From a virus (Duplodnaviria > Caudoviricetes), in IMG/VR virus record IMGVR_UViG_3300046171_000140, positions 1 to 51,452 of that record: DNA of 51,452 nt. One strand, 5' to 3'. Numbering within the stretch: the stretch's first letter is position 1; each line of letters starts with the position of its first letter. The notes under the pieces are model-generated. The model searched no databases and was not told the origin of the DNA. It was given only the letters and a program-made list of their open reading frames with translations. The position numbers and the translations under genes are program-made. This document shows, piece after piece, positions 7,486 to 18,588 of this stretch.

Positions 7486-8250
7486 ATGAAAGAAAATAAA
7501 AAGTTAGTAGGTAGTCAAAAAAAATTAGATGCTAATAAAGATGGTGAATTAACTGCTGATGACTTTGAAGCTCTTAGAGAAAGAACACAAAAACAAATGG
7601 GTGGTATGATGGCAGGTGAAGAACTACCTACACAAGAAGAACAAATGCAAAGTATGATGAGTGATAAAACTGAATCAGAAAAAATGCAAGAAGAATTAGA
7701 ACCTCTTCCAGAGAAACCTAAAGAACAAATGGATTCTGATGATGAAATGGAAGATAAGTATTTAGATTTTGTAATAAATGAAGCATTAGATGAAGAAGAA
7801 GAAACAATGCTTATGAATGAATTAGAAAACAATCCACAACTTAGCATGTTATTTGATAAAGTTATGGATGTTGCAATAGAATTTTCAGGGTCTGGTCCTG
7901 TAGAAGGACCGGGTTCGGAAGTCTCCGACAGTATACCTGCAAGGTTATCTGACGGTGAATTTGTCTTTACTACTAAAGCTGTAGAAGAAATCGGAGCAGA
8001 CAATTTAATGTCTATGATGAAAGAAGCTGAAGCTAAAGCAGATGAAAGACTAACAGCTGCTAACGGTGGCGAAATAGAAGAAGAGACTGGTCTTACTCCA
8101 ATGCCTGTGGAAACACCGGCTGTAAAGCAAGACATTAGAGTTACTAAAGAAACAGTTGGCTCTCAAGCTACAATGCAAGAGGAAGACGATTTAGTTAGTG
8201 ATGAAATAAAAAAGTCTATGCTTTCTAATAGACCCTACGTTAGAAGCTAA
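7486..8250 (+). CDS. Acidic virion-associated protein with GPGSEVSDSIPARLSDGEFV motif
   Basis: Between portal and scaffold; EF-hand-like DANKDGELTADDF; xxGG motifs. Confidence 0.7.
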   Translation: MKENKKLVGSQKKLDANKDGELTADDFEALRERTQKQMGGMMAGEELPTQEEQMQSMMSDKTESEKMQEELEPLPEKPKEQMDSDDEMEDKYLDFVINEALDEEEETMLMNELENNPQLSMLFDKVMDVAIEFSGSGPVEGPGSEVSDSIPARLSDGEFVFTTKAVEEIGADNLMSMMKEAEAKADERLTAANGGEIEEETGLTPMPVETPAVKQDIRVTKETVGSQATMQEEDDLVSDEIKKSMLSNRPYVRS

Positions 8251-8254
8251 AAGC

Positions 8255-8363
8255 AATAAAGCTACCCTAGTAATAGGCACTTTATTATATTAAAACAACC
8301 GAAAGGCTACCTTTACAAACAAGCCCTCTAGTCGACATAGAGCTACCTTGTAGACAAAGCCCC
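8255..8363 (+). promoter_or_regulatory. Structured leader of the scaffold gene (repeated GCTAC/GCCC internal-loop hairpins)
   Basis: Three GCTACC motifs in nested hairpins directly upstream of SD AGGAGG. Confidence 0.5.
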
Positions 8364-8380
8364 AATTAGGAGGATAGAAA

Positions 8381-9235
8381 ATGACTGAAGAAGTCTTAAA
8401 AGAGGAACAAGCAAATCCTTATAACCAAAAAAAAGCTTGGCATACTGGTGAAGATAAACCTTTTGAATCGTCAGAAAGTTTGTTTTTTGAAAAACCATCA
8501 AATGAAGTTGACGAAAGTGATGACATTGAAATGGCTAAACAGGAACAGGTAGTAGAGCAAAATGATACTCCTTATAAAAAACCTGATTACAAAAAACGCT
8601 ATGATGATTTAAAAAAACATTATGATAATAAACTTAATGAATTTAAGTCTAGAGAACAAGAATTGTTAGGACAGGTAACACCTGAATATACAGCTCCTAA
8701 AACTCCAGAAGAACTTGAAGAATTTAAAAATCAATATCCTGATGTATTCGAAGTTGTAGAAACTGTTGCACATCTACAAAGTGAATCTAAGGCAAAAGTT
8801 CTAGAAGAACGTCTTAGTCAACTCCAAGAAAGAGAACAACAAATGAGTCAACGAGAATCAGAAAAAAGGTTAATGGAAAACCATCCTGACTTTGATGATA
8901 TCAGAAACAGTGATGATTTTCATACATGGGCTAAAGAACAACCTGAAGCTATCCAAGATTGGATATACAATAATGTTGATAACCCTGACCTAGCTAGTAG
9001 AGCTATAGATTTATTTAAAAAGGATATAGGCTTAGATACTCCGAAAAAGAAAAAGTCATCTTCTAAACAGACTAAATCTGCTGCGGATATGGTTTCAACT
9101 AAAACAACAAGTGTTGAACCAACGCAAGAGAAAATATGGTCTGAAAAGGAGATTGCTGCAATGAGTATGGCTGAATTTGATAAGTACGAAAGTGAAATCA
9201 GTGAAGCTATGCAACAAGGCAGAATCATTAAATAA
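8381..9235 (+). CDS. Capsid scaffolding protein
   Basis: YKKRYDDLKKHYD coiled coil and C-terminal AMQQGRI; precedes the capsid gene. Confidence 0.8.
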   Translation: MTEEVLKEEQANPYNQKKAWHTGEDKPFESSESLFFEKPSNEVDESDDIEMAKQEQVVEQNDTPYKKPDYKKRYDDLKKHYDNKLNEFKSREQELLGQVTPEYTAPKTPEELEEFKNQYPDVFEVVETVAHLQSESKAKVLEERLSQLQEREQQMSQRESEKRLMENHPDFDDIRNSDDFHTWAKEQPEAIQDWIYNNVDNPDLASRAIDLFKKDIGLDTPKKKKSSSKQTKSAADMVSTKTTSVEPTQEKIWSEKEIAAMSMAEFDKYESEISEAMQQGRIIK

Positions 9236-9260
9236 ACTATAAAACACAGGAGAATATCCC

Positions 9261-10235
9261 ATGGCTCAATTTTTTGAACCTTCAACGGATACTAATGCTA
9301 ACTTTGCAAACTCCGTTAGTGGACAAACTAATAGTTTTTTCCTACCTTCGATTTATTCTAAAAAGGTTTTAAACTTTTTCAGAAAAGCATCGGTAGTTGA
9401 AGCTATTACAAACACTGACTACGCTGGAGAAATATCAGCGTTTGGAGACTCTGTAAAGATTATCAAGGAGCCAGTAATTTCAGTATCAGCGTATACTAGA
9501 AATACTGACACAACTGAAACTAGATTGACTGACCAAGAACTTAACTTGGTTGTCGACCAAGCAAACGCTTTTAAGTTTATCGTTGATGACATTGAAACTA
9601 ATATGTCTCACGTTAACTTTAAAGAAGTTGCTACATCATCTGCTGCTTACTCATTAAAAGATGCGTATGATGCAGCTGTTATAGCTGAAATGTTTGCAGG
9701 TGTTTCTTCATCATCCCCAGACCACATCATAGGTTCTGACAGTGCTACTGCTGATTCTACAATGACTCACGCAACTAACTCTGTTGACCTACTTGGTTCT
9801 GACGGAACTGGTGTTGATGCACTAGACTTAATGGCTAGAATGGCTAGATTAATGGATGACCAAACTATACCTGAAGAAGGTAGATGGTTTGTAGCTCCAC
9901 CTTCGTTTTACGAAGAGCTATCACAATCTGGTTCTAAGTTATTGTCTGTTGACTTTAACGCTGGTCAAGGCTCAATCAGAAATGGTTTAGTATCAACTGG
10001 AAAACTACGTGGATTTGACATGTACAAGTCTAACAATATCGCTGCGACTTCCAACGCAAGTGGTAAAGTTATGGCTGGTCATATCAGTTCTACTGCTACT
10101 GCTCAAACGATTCTTTCAACTGAAGTGTTGAGAGACCCAACTTCGTTTGGTGACATAGTTCGTGGACTGCATGTATACGGAGCTAACGTCTTAAGACCTG
10201 AAGCTTTAGTATCTGCATTTTATGTAGTTGACTAA
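9261..10235 (+). CDS. Major capsid protein
   Basis: FLPSIYSKKVL, TNTDYAGEI...GDSVKI, DIVRGLHVYG motifs; strong codon bias; followed by a terminator. Confidence 0.93.
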   Translation: MAQFFEPSTDTNANFANSVSGQTNSFFLPSIYSKKVLNFFRKASVVEAITNTDYAGEISAFGDSVKIIKEPVISVSAYTRNTDTTETRLTDQELNLVVDQANAFKFIVDDIETNMSHVNFKEVATSSAAYSLKDAYDAAVIAEMFAGVSSSSPDHIIGSDSATADSTMTHATNSVDLLGSDGTGVDALDLMARMARLMDDQTIPEEGRWFVAPPSFYEELSQSGSKLLSVDFNAGQGSIRNGLVSTGKLRGFDMYKSNNIAATSNASGKVMAGHISSTATAQTILSTEVLRDPTSFGDIVRGLHVYGANVLRPEALVSAFYVVD

Positions 10236-10243
10236 CAATAATT

Positions 10244-10271
10244 GGGGAGGTCTTCGGACCTCTCCTTTTTT
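10244..10271 (+). terminator. Rho-independent terminator after the capsid gene
   Basis: GGGGAGGTC-TTCG-GACCTCTCC hairpin followed by a T tract. Confidence 0.9.
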
Positions 10272-10290
10272 ATAATAAAGAGGAATATAA

Positions 10291-10422
10291 ATGAATCACA
10301 AAGATAAAAAGAAAAAAATGATGTACGGTGGTATGGCTAAAAAGAAAAAAATGATGAAAGGTGGTGGCAGAGCTATGTATAGTGCTGGTGGTAGTGCAAT
10401 GCCTAAAGCTACACCTAATTAA
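10291..10422 (+). CDS. 43-aa Lys/Met-rich peptide with xxGG repeats
   Basis: MNHKDKKKKMMYGGMAKKKKMMKGGGRAMYSAGGSAMPKATPN; SD GAGG. Confidence 0.7.
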   Translation: MNHKDKKKKMMYGGMAKKKKMMKGGGRAMYSAGGSAMPKATPN

Positions 10423-10424
10423 AA

Positions 10425-10571
10425 ATGAAAGTCAAAGCACCTAAAGGTTATCATTGGATGAAACAATCTAATGGCAGTTATAAATTAATGAAGCATTCTG
10501 GAAAGTTTGTTAAACATAAAGGTGCTTCATTAGCTGCAAATTTTGCAATACAAAAACAACATAAAGCATAA
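10425..10571 (+). CDS. 48-aa basic peptide (APKGYHWM motif)
   Basis: Hand-translated; TAATG coupling to the next gene. Confidence 0.7.
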   Translation: MKVKAPKGYHWMKQSNGSYKLMKHSGKFVKHKGASLAANFAIQKQHKA

Positions 10572-11338
10572 TGGCAACAACATACTTAGAATTATCAAAT
10601 GAAATACTAAGAGAGTTAAATGAAATACCTTTAACCTCATCAAACTTTGCAAGTGCTACAGGTTTTCAACAGTTTGTTAAAGATTCAATTAATAAAAGTT
10701 TATTTGATATAGCTAATGAAGAACCTGAATTACCATTCTTTTCAGCAGGACTAAGTGGTGCTACTGACCCTTTTTATGGTAATACTACTGTTGCTTCAGT
10801 GATTGGACAAAGATGGTATACCTTAAAAGCTGGTAGTTCTAGTTTAATTACTGATTTTTCTAAAGTTGATTGGGATGATTTTTTTATTACTACAGTTAAT
10901 GTTAGTGGTGAAACAGCTCCATTTGTATCTAAAGGTTTAAAGTTTTTAACTTTAGCTGATTGGACTAGATACTATCGCAATACAGAAAATAATGATGATG
11001 CTGATTCACAAAGTTATGGTGAACCAATACATGTTATTAAATCACCAGATAATAGAAAGTTTGGGTTAAGTCCAATACCTGACAAGATTTATAATGTACA
11101 TTTTTATGCTTTTGCTAGACCAACTGCTTTATCAGCTTTTAGTGATGAAATGGTTTTGCCAGACCAGTATAAAAATATAATTTTAGCCAGAGTAAGATAT
11201 TACGTTTGGCAATTTAAAGAGAGTCCACAACAAGCAGCATTTGCTTTAGACGACTATAAAAAAGGCATGAGACAAATGAAGAGTGTATTAATTAATCCTA
11301 CACCTAAATACATGACCGATGACAGAACATATTTTTAG
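10571..11338 (+). CDS. Head-tail adaptor / tail tubular protein A-like
   Basis: MATTYLELSNEILRELNE N-terminus; position after the capsid gene. Confidence 0.75.
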   Translation: MATTYLELSNEILRELNEIPLTSSNFASATGFQQFVKDSINKSLFDIANEEPELPFFSAGLSGATDPFYGNTTVASVIGQRWYTLKAGSSSLITDFSKVDWDDFFITTVNVSGETAPFVSKGLKFLTLADWTRYYRNTENNDDADSQSYGEPIHVIKSPDNRKFGLSPIPDKIYNVHFYAFARPTALSAFSDEMVLPDQYKNIILARVRYYVWQFKESPQQAAFALDDYKKGMRQMKSVLINPTPKYMTDDRTYF

Positions 11339-11347
11339 GAGATATAA

Positions 11348-12169
11348 ATGACCACTAAGATACCAGTAGAACTTTCAAGTACCCCCGGCATTGTTGATGG
11401 TAGTAATGCAACTGCTATTACTATTGATAGTTCAGAAAATGTTGCAATTGGTACAACCTCAGTTCTCTCAGGCAATAAATTAGATGTTCGTGGTGGTAAC
11501 ATCATGGTTGGTGGTTTTGGTGGCGGAACTGATTATGGATTGATACTTACTCCTGATGATGGTTCAGGTTACTACAATATAGCAAACATAACGGGTGGTC
11601 ATCTAACATTTAATAATTCATCTACAATAGGTAGCACTGAAAGAATGCGAATTAATTCTTCTGGTCAAGTTGCTATTGGTACAACATCACCAGATGGAGT
11701 AAGTAATTTAACAGTAAAATCAGCAAATAGCACTGCAGGTCAAGAGTTAGTTTCTATTCATCACACTGCTACAAGTGGCACAGTTTATTTTATGTCATTT
11801 ATGACAGAAGCAAGTGGAGCTGATAGAGGTTATATAACTTATAACCAAAGTGTTATGGCTCTTGCTACTGCTTCTGATATTTCTTTAAAAGAAAATATAA
11901 GAGATTTAACTGGTGGTTTAGATTTAATTAAGCAAATAAAACCAAGAGTTTTTGACTGGAAAGAAGAAGGCAAAAATAGTGACCAAGTAGGTTTTATAGC
12001 TCAAGAAATAGAAGAAATTAAACCAGAATGGGTATATGAAAAAGAAGGTATAAAACTTCTTTCTAGTAACTTGCCAGATTCAATACCTTACTTAATAAAA
12101 GCAATCCAAGAACAACAAACACAGATTGAAGCCTTACAAGCTGAAATTAACACACTCAAAGGAGAATAA
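11348..12169 (+). CDS. Short tail fibre/spike with C-terminal peptidase S74 chaperone
   Basis: ERMRINSSG fibre repeats; SDISLKENI...GFIAQE...LIKAIQEQQ. Confidence 0.8.
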   Translation: MTTKIPVELSSTPGIVDGSNATAITIDSSENVAIGTTSVLSGNKLDVRGGNIMVGGFGGGTDYGLILTPDDGSGYYNIANITGGHLTFNNSSTIGSTERMRINSSGQVAIGTTSPDGVSNLTVKSANSTAGQELVSIHHTATSGTVYFMSFMTEASGADRGYITYNQSVMALATASDISLKENIRDLTGGLDLIKQIKPRVFDWKEEGKNSDQVGFIAQEIEEIKPEWVYEKEGIKLLSSNLPDSIPYLIKAIQEQQTQIEALQAEINTLKGE

Positions 12170-12170
12170 C

Positions 12171-12515
12171 ATGGCAATATCATACGCATGGGATGTAAAA
12201 ACTGTGGACACTTATCCTACTAAAGATTCTAAGTCTGACGTAGTTTATAATGTACACTGGCGACTAACAGCTACTGATGACACTAATAATGATGCAGAAG
12301 GTAATTCATTAACTGCAACAGTATATGGGTCTCAGGGTTTAGATACTTCAGACTTATCAAGCTTTACAGCTTTTGCTAGTCTCGATGCTGCAGCAGTGCA
12401 GGGTTGGGTCGAAGCAGCTTTAACAGCTGATACTATTAATGACATGAAAGATAGTCTTGACAGTACTATTGAAGAATTAGTTACCCCAACATCCGTACAA
12501 AAAACTATAGGATAA
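12171..12515 (+). CDS. Conserved tail-fibre-associated protein
   Basis: MAISYAWDV...DVVYNVHWR...VQGWVEAAL; SD GGAG before ATG 12171. Confidence 0.7.
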   Translation: MAISYAWDVKTVDTYPTKDSKSDVVYNVHWRLTATDDTNNDAEGNSLTATVYGSQGLDTSDLSSFTAFASLDAAAVQGWVEAALTADTINDMKDSLDSTIEELVTPTSVQKTIG

Positions 12516-12516
12516 T

Positions 12517-14127
12517 ATGCCTAGAAGTCAACCATACACAGTAGCATGTGCAGGAGGTTTAGTAAACTCTTCAAATGCTATAGACTTATTAAGAGCTCCC
12601 GGAGTTGCTACCGAGTTAAGAAACTTTGAAGTCTCTATAGAAGGTGGTTACAGAAGAATTAATGGCTATCAGAAGTTTGGTACTACAGATTCAACTCAAC
12701 CGACTGGTGGTACGACAGATATTTTAGGAGTTATTCCTTATGCTGATGGTGTAGTTGTTTGTGCTGGTACTAATATTTATTTTACTCAAGACGGTATAAC
12801 CTACTTACAAATAAATAGAAGTTCAGTATCTGGTAGTGGTGATAACTATAGTACCTTTACAGGTCGTAGTGTTTTAGCTCGAACTGGTCAAGGGCAAATA
12901 AGTTTTGCTTTATTTGAATCAGCAACTTCAGATTATGGTACGTTAATTATAGCTGATGGAGCAAACGAACCTTATCAGTTTAGAATGGAAGGTACAGGTG
13001 CTAACTTAAATAGTAGAACTTACTTTAGTAGTGAGATAACAGTTACCGGAACTAAACATGTTAAGCATGTAACTGTCCATGACAAACATTTAATAGCTGC
13101 TGGAGTAGAAGATAATTTAAATACTATTTTTTATAGTGGTACTTTAGACCCAACAGATTTTACTAGCACTGGTTCAGGTAGTATTGTTATTGAAGACCAG
13201 ATAGAAGGTATTAAAAGTTTCCGTAATGAATTATTTATATTTTGTGAAAACTCAATATTTAAACTACAGAATATAAATAATGCAAGTACGATTGCAGTAA
13301 TACCAGTAACCAAAAACGTAGGTTGTTTAAGTGGTTACAGTATTCAAGAGATTGGTGGTGATTTAATATTTTTAGCACCAGATGGATTAAGAACAGTAGC
13401 TGGTACAGCAAGAATTGGTGATGTAGAGTTAGGAACTATAAGTCAATCTATACAACCAACAATAACAGATTTAGCAAACAATATAAATTTATTTACCATA
13501 AATAGTATTGTGTTAAGAGAAAAGTCTCAGTATCGTTTATTTTATACTAATACTGGAGCTACTAATGCATCTCAGCAAGGCATTATAGGTACGTTAAGAC
13601 CAAATGGTTTTGAGTGGTCTGAGACTAGAGGTTTAGAAGTTACAGCTATTGGTTCAGGTTTTGATACTAATGGTATAGAAAAAATATATCATGGTGATAC
13701 TAATGGTTTTGTTTATGAACATGACACTGGTAATAATTTTGATGGTTCATCAATCTTAGCAAGATATACAACACCAGATTATGATTATGGTGATTTAGGA
13801 ACTTTAAAAACTTTACACTATCTTAGAGTTTCAGCAGCTACCGAAGGTATTGTTGAACCGGATGTACAAATTAAATTTGATTTTAACAGTTCAGATGTAC
13901 CACAACCTTTAGACTTAATTGACTTAGGTGTAATAAATCCACCATCTATATTTAGTGAAGCAGTTTTTGCTACTAATAAATTTGCTGGACAAAACAATCC
14001 AATGATAAGAGTGCCTTTACAAGGCAGTGGTACAAGTAACAATTTTACAGTAATAAGTGAAGATACAAAACCATCATATACAATTAATGGTTTTTATGTA
14101 GATTACATACCTTCGGGTAGGAGATAA
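12517..14127 (+). CDS. Tail nozzle / DNA stabilisation protein
   Basis: NFEVSIEGGYRRING and DLIFLAPDGLRTV beta-propeller-type motifs; position in the tail module. Confidence 0.75.
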   Translation: MPRSQPYTVACAGGLVNSSNAIDLLRAPGVATELRNFEVSIEGGYRRINGYQKFGTTDSTQPTGGTTDILGVIPYADGVVVCAGTNIYFTQDGITYLQINRSSVSGSGDNYSTFTGRSVLARTGQGQISFALFESATSDYGTLIIADGANEPYQFRMEGTGANLNSRTYFSSEITVTGTKHVKHVTVHDKHLIAAGVEDNLNTIFYSGTLDPTDFTSTGSGSIVIEDQIEGIKSFRNELFIFCENSIFKLQNINNASTIAVIPVTKNVGCLSGYSIQEIGGDLIFLAPDGLRTVAGTARIGDVELGTISQSIQPTITDLANNINLFTINSIVLREKSQYRLFYTNTGATNASQQGIIGTLRPNGFEWSETRGLEVTAIGSGFDTNGIEKIYHGDTNGFVYEHDTGNNFDGSSILARYTTPDYDYGDLGTLKTLHYLRVSAATEGIVEPDVQIKFDFNSSDVPQPLDLIDLGVINPPSIFSEAVFATNKFAGQNNPMIRVPLQGSGTSNNFTVISEDTKPSYTINGFYVDYIPSGRR

Positions 14128-14130
14128 TAA

Positions 14131-17100
14131 ATGGCACAAGCATATATAAGACAAAGTACATTCAGTGATGGTGATACTATTACTGCTGCATTATTTAATA
14201 ATGAGTATAATCAATTAGTAAATGCTTTTGCATACTCTTCATCTAGTGCATCTAATACTGGACACAGACACGATGGTACTGCCGGACAAGGTGGTAACAT
14301 ATTTAAAATTGGTGATTTAGATTTCTTAAACAAAGTAGAAATTGATAGCACTAATAATAGAGTAGGATTTTATGTAGAAGTATCTTCAGCAGCAGTTGAA
14401 CAGTTAAGAATACAAGACGGTGCTTTAGTTCCTGTTACAGATAGTGATATAGATTTAGGAACAACGTCATTACGTTTTAAAGATACTTTTACAGACTCAA
14501 TAACTACTACAGGTAATGTTGATGTCGGAGGTAATTTAACAGTCACAGGTACTACAACTTTTAATGGTGGTACAATTACTATGGGTGATGCCAATACTGA
14601 TAATGTAGTATTTGGTGCAGACATAGATTCAAGTATTATTCCAGATGACGATGACAGTTATGACTTAGGTAGTTCTTCACAACAATGGCGAAACATATTT
14701 ATTGATGGTACTGCTGAACATAGATACTCTTGCTCTTAATGGAACTACAGTAACTTCAACTGCAGCAGAACTTAATATATTAGATGGTGTTACTAGCACT
14801 ACTGCAGAATTAAATTTACTTGATGGGGTTACTGCAACTACAACTGAATTAAACTATGTTGATGTAGCTACAGCAGGAACTGTAGAAGCTTCTAAAGCTA
14901 TTGTAGTTGATAGTAATAAAGACTTTACCGGTGCAAGAAACATTACACTAACAGGAGAACTTGATGCAGGTTCTTTAGATGTAAGTGGGGATGTAGATGT
15001 TGACGGTACTTTAGAAACAGATGCACTATCTATAAATGGCACAGCAGTTACTAGTACTGCAGCTGAACTAAACATACTTGATGGTGTTACTAGCACTGCA
15101 GCAGAACTTAATATTCTTGATGGTGTTACAGCTACAGCAGCAGAAATAAATGCTCTTGATGGTATTACTTCAACAGTTACAGAATTAAATATTTTAGATG
15201 GTGTTACTGCTAGTGCAGCCGACATTAATCTTATAGATGGAATTACTAATGGTACAGTAATAGCAAGTAAAGCTATTATAACAGATTCAAACAAAGACAT
15301 AACTGGTGGTCGTAATATTACAATTAGTGGTGAGCTTGATGCAGCTACACTTGACATATCAGGTGATGCTGACATAGATGGCACACTAGAAGCCGATGCA
15401 ATTACTATTGGAGGTATTACATTAGCAGAAACTATTTCTGATACTGTTGGAGCTATGGTTAGCTCTAATACTGAAACTGGAATATCAGTAACATATGATG
15501 ACAGTGATAATACTTTAGACTTTGTAATTGGTTCAGGTGTTATTACTAATGCAATGTTAGCAGGTTCTATTGCTAACTCTAAATTAGCTAACTCTAGTGT
15601 AACTATTAGTGATGGTTCAAATAGCACTGCTGTTGCTCTAGGAGGCACACTAACTATACAAGGAACTTCCAACGAAGTAGAAGTTGCAGAAAGTTCTGGT
15701 ACAGTTACTGTTGGTCTTCCAGCAGCTACGCAAGTTACAACTTCATTAGGAATCGGTGGTGGTTCTACAAATGGAGTTGTTATTTCTCAAGGTGCTATTT
15801 CAATTAAAAATGGTGGTACACAATCATACATAGATTTTTATTGTGAGTCTTCAAATGCTCACTACGCAAGATTACAAGCACCAGCTCACGGAAGCTTTAG
15901 TGGTAATCATACTATAACTCTTCCTGCTACAGCTGGTACACTTGCATTAACTTCTGGTGACATTACTGGTAACGCAGCAACTGCAACAGCTTTAGCAACT
16001 GCTAGAACTATTGGTGGTACAAGTTTTGATGGTACAGCTAATATTTCTGTAGGCTTGGCAGCTACAGCTACAGCTTTAGCTAATGCAAGAACAATACATG
16101 GTGTATCTTTTGATGGTACAGCAAACATAGACTTAACAGAAGTTATTCAAGACACTGTAGGTGCTATGGTATCTAGTAACACTGAATCAAATATTACTGT
16201 AACTTATGAAGACTCTGATGGCACATTAGACTTTAGTGTTACTGGTGGTGGCTCAGTATCAGAAGCATTTAAAACAATATCTGTTTCTGGTCAAAGCGAT
16301 GTGGTTGCCGATGCAGCAGCAGATACGCTTACTTTAGTAGCTGGTTCTAATATGACAATCACTACTGATGCTAGTGGCGATACAATTACTTTTGCTTCTT
16401 CTGGTGGTGGTAGTGGAAATAGTGTTGGTAATGCTTTTACAAAAAATACTTTTACAGGCGATGGAAGCACAACAGCATTTACATTAAGTATTAGTGCATC
16501 AAACGAAGATAATTTATTAGTATTTATTGATGGGGTATACCAAGCAGATAATGTTTATACTGTATCAGGCACAACTTTAACATTTGCCACAGCTCCTGTT
16601 AATAGTAGAGTTATAGAAGTATTTACAGTTGAAGCAGGTATTGTAGGTTCTGCTCCAGTTATAGATACTATGACTGGTGATGGTTCAGATACTACATTAG
16701 CTTTAAGTACAACTCCAACATCAGAAAATCAAACCTTTGTAACTATTGATGGTGTTGTTCAACACAAAGACACTTATGCAGTTTCAGGTAGCACACTAAC
16801 ATTTAGTGCTGCTCCTCCTACTGGCACAAAAGTAGAATGTATAACATTTACAAATGTAGCTGTAACTACTTTCCAAGATGCCGATGGTGATACTAAGGTA
16901 CAAGTAGAAGAAAGTTCTGACGAAGATAAAATTAGGTTTGATACTGGTGGTACTGAACGAGCAGTTATAGATTCTTCAGGACTAACAGTTGGAGATATAA
17001 CAATTAATGGCTCTACTATTTCTGATGGTGGCAATTTAACTATTGATGTTGCAGGAGATATTATTCTTGACGCTGATGGTGGCGATGTAACTTTTAAAGA

Positions 17101-17959
17101 TGCTGGAACTGAAATTGCACATTTATCAAACTCATCTTCGGATTTTGTTATATCAAGTGCTGTCAATGACAAAGATTTAAAATTTCAAGGTGTTGATAAT
17201 AACTCTGTAATAACTGCTCTTACCCTTGATATGTCAGATGCAGGTAAGGCAATATTTAATGCAGGTGCTACTTTAGCAGATTATCTAATAGTATCTGATG
17301 GAACAATAAACAATTATTTTGGAACAGATGGTAATGGTGGTTTAATTGGCACATCTACGAATCACTACACAAGATTTATAACTAACAACACAGAAAGAAT
17401 GAGAATTGATTCTTCTGGTACTTTATTCATAGGTAAAACTGGTAATGCATTTGCTACATCAGGTATGGAACTTTATGGTACTGGTAGAGCATTTATTACT
17501 CATGCCAATGACGATGTGCTGCTATTAAATAGAACTGGTAGTGCAGGAAAGATATTAAAATTTTATGATGATGGTAGCGAAGTAGGTTCTATATCTACCA
17601 ATACAAACTCTTTACCTTCTGATAAAAACTTTAAGAAAAATATAAACAATTTAGATTTAGGTTTAAATTTAATTAAAAAGTTAAAACCAAGTCAATACAA
17701 TTACAAACACAATGATGACAATACACCTTTAATGTATGGTTTGATTGCACAAGAGTTAGAAGAATCTTTAACAGAGGTAGGCGTAGAAAAAAATAGCACT
17801 TGGTTATTACAACACAATCCAACAGAAGATGAGAAACAATCTGACTACGATTTAGATTATGGAAAACTAACACCTATTTTAATAAAAGCAATCCAAGAAC
17901 AACAAGTTATAATAGACAACCTAACAACTAGAATAGAAACTCTAGAAGGAGGAGAATAA
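14131..17959 (+). CDS. Long tail fibre with C-terminal S74 chaperone, split by a 1-nt frameshift near 14716
   Basis: N-terminal anchor (GHRHDG) in 14131-14739 continues as ...IDTLAL in the 14702-17959 frame; 13-aa repeats; SDKNFKKNI...GLIAQE...LIKAIQEQQ. Confidence 0.85.
14747..15250 (+). repeat. 13-aa (39-nt) tandem repeats TSTAAELNILDGV in two blocks
   Basis: Seen in the translation: about three repeats, then about five; boundaries approximate. Confidence 0.85.
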
Positions 17960-17960
17960 T

Positions 17961-18569
17961 ATGGCATTAACAAAAGTAACTTCAGGACTAACCGATTTAG
18001 ACGGTGGTATTACTATTGATAATATTACTATCGATGGCACAGAAATAGATTTATCTAGTGGTGATTTAACCATTGATGTTGCTAGTGACATTATTCTTGA
18101 TGCTGATGGTGGTGATATTTATTTTAAAGATGATGGAACTGAATTTTTAAGATTTCAACAAGATGGTGGAAATGTAAATATCCGACAAGATACTTCAGAT
18201 AAAGATGTATTATTTCTTGGTAACGATGGTGGTTCAAGTATTGTTGCACTAACGCTAGACATGTCTAACGCTGGAGCAGCAACCTTTAACAGCACAGTAA
18301 CTGTTGGAGATACTGTTTTTGATGCTGTAGGTACTTATTGTTTTGCTAATTCATTAGGAAGTATAGCTGATAGAGATGGTGGTGCAACTTTAGCAGGAAG
18401 TAGTTTGAGAACAGCTAACGCATATACAGATTATTCAGGACAATTTGGTTATTCAAATGAAGCTTTATCTGGCACTTGGCGTTTAATGGGTCAAACTGCT
18501 GAATATGCAGGTGGTTCAGTTAATGCTGCAGGTGCATTATGTACTTCACTTTGGGTAAGAATATCATAA
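17961..18569 (+). CDS. Secondary tail fibre / receptor-binding protein
   Basis: MALTKVT start; shares the LTIDVA.DIILDADGGD module with the long fibre; GTWRLMG...WVRIS end. Confidence 0.7.
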   Translation: MALTKVTSGLTDLDGGITIDNITIDGTEIDLSSGDLTIDVASDIILDADGGDIYFKDDGTEFLRFQQDGGNVNIRQDTSDKDVLFLGNDGGSSIVALTLDMSNAGAATFNSTVTVGDTVFDAVGTYCFANSLGSIADRDGGATLAGSSLRTANAYTDYSGQFGYSNEALSGTWRLMGQTAEYAGGSVNAAGALCTSLWVRIS

Positions 18570-18588
18570 TAAATAATAGGAAAATTTT

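Noticed and set aside
14854-15672. 272-aa minus-strand ORF (also 7515-8135, 15907-16128, 16774-17172, 8920-9285)
   Set aside because: Antisense shadows of genes with biased codons; no SD, no motifs, and against the operon direction.
11348-18569. Diversity-generating retroelement or invertible tail-fibre switch
   Set aside because: No reverse transcriptase or invertase; shared segments are short direct repeats without adenine-specific mismatches.
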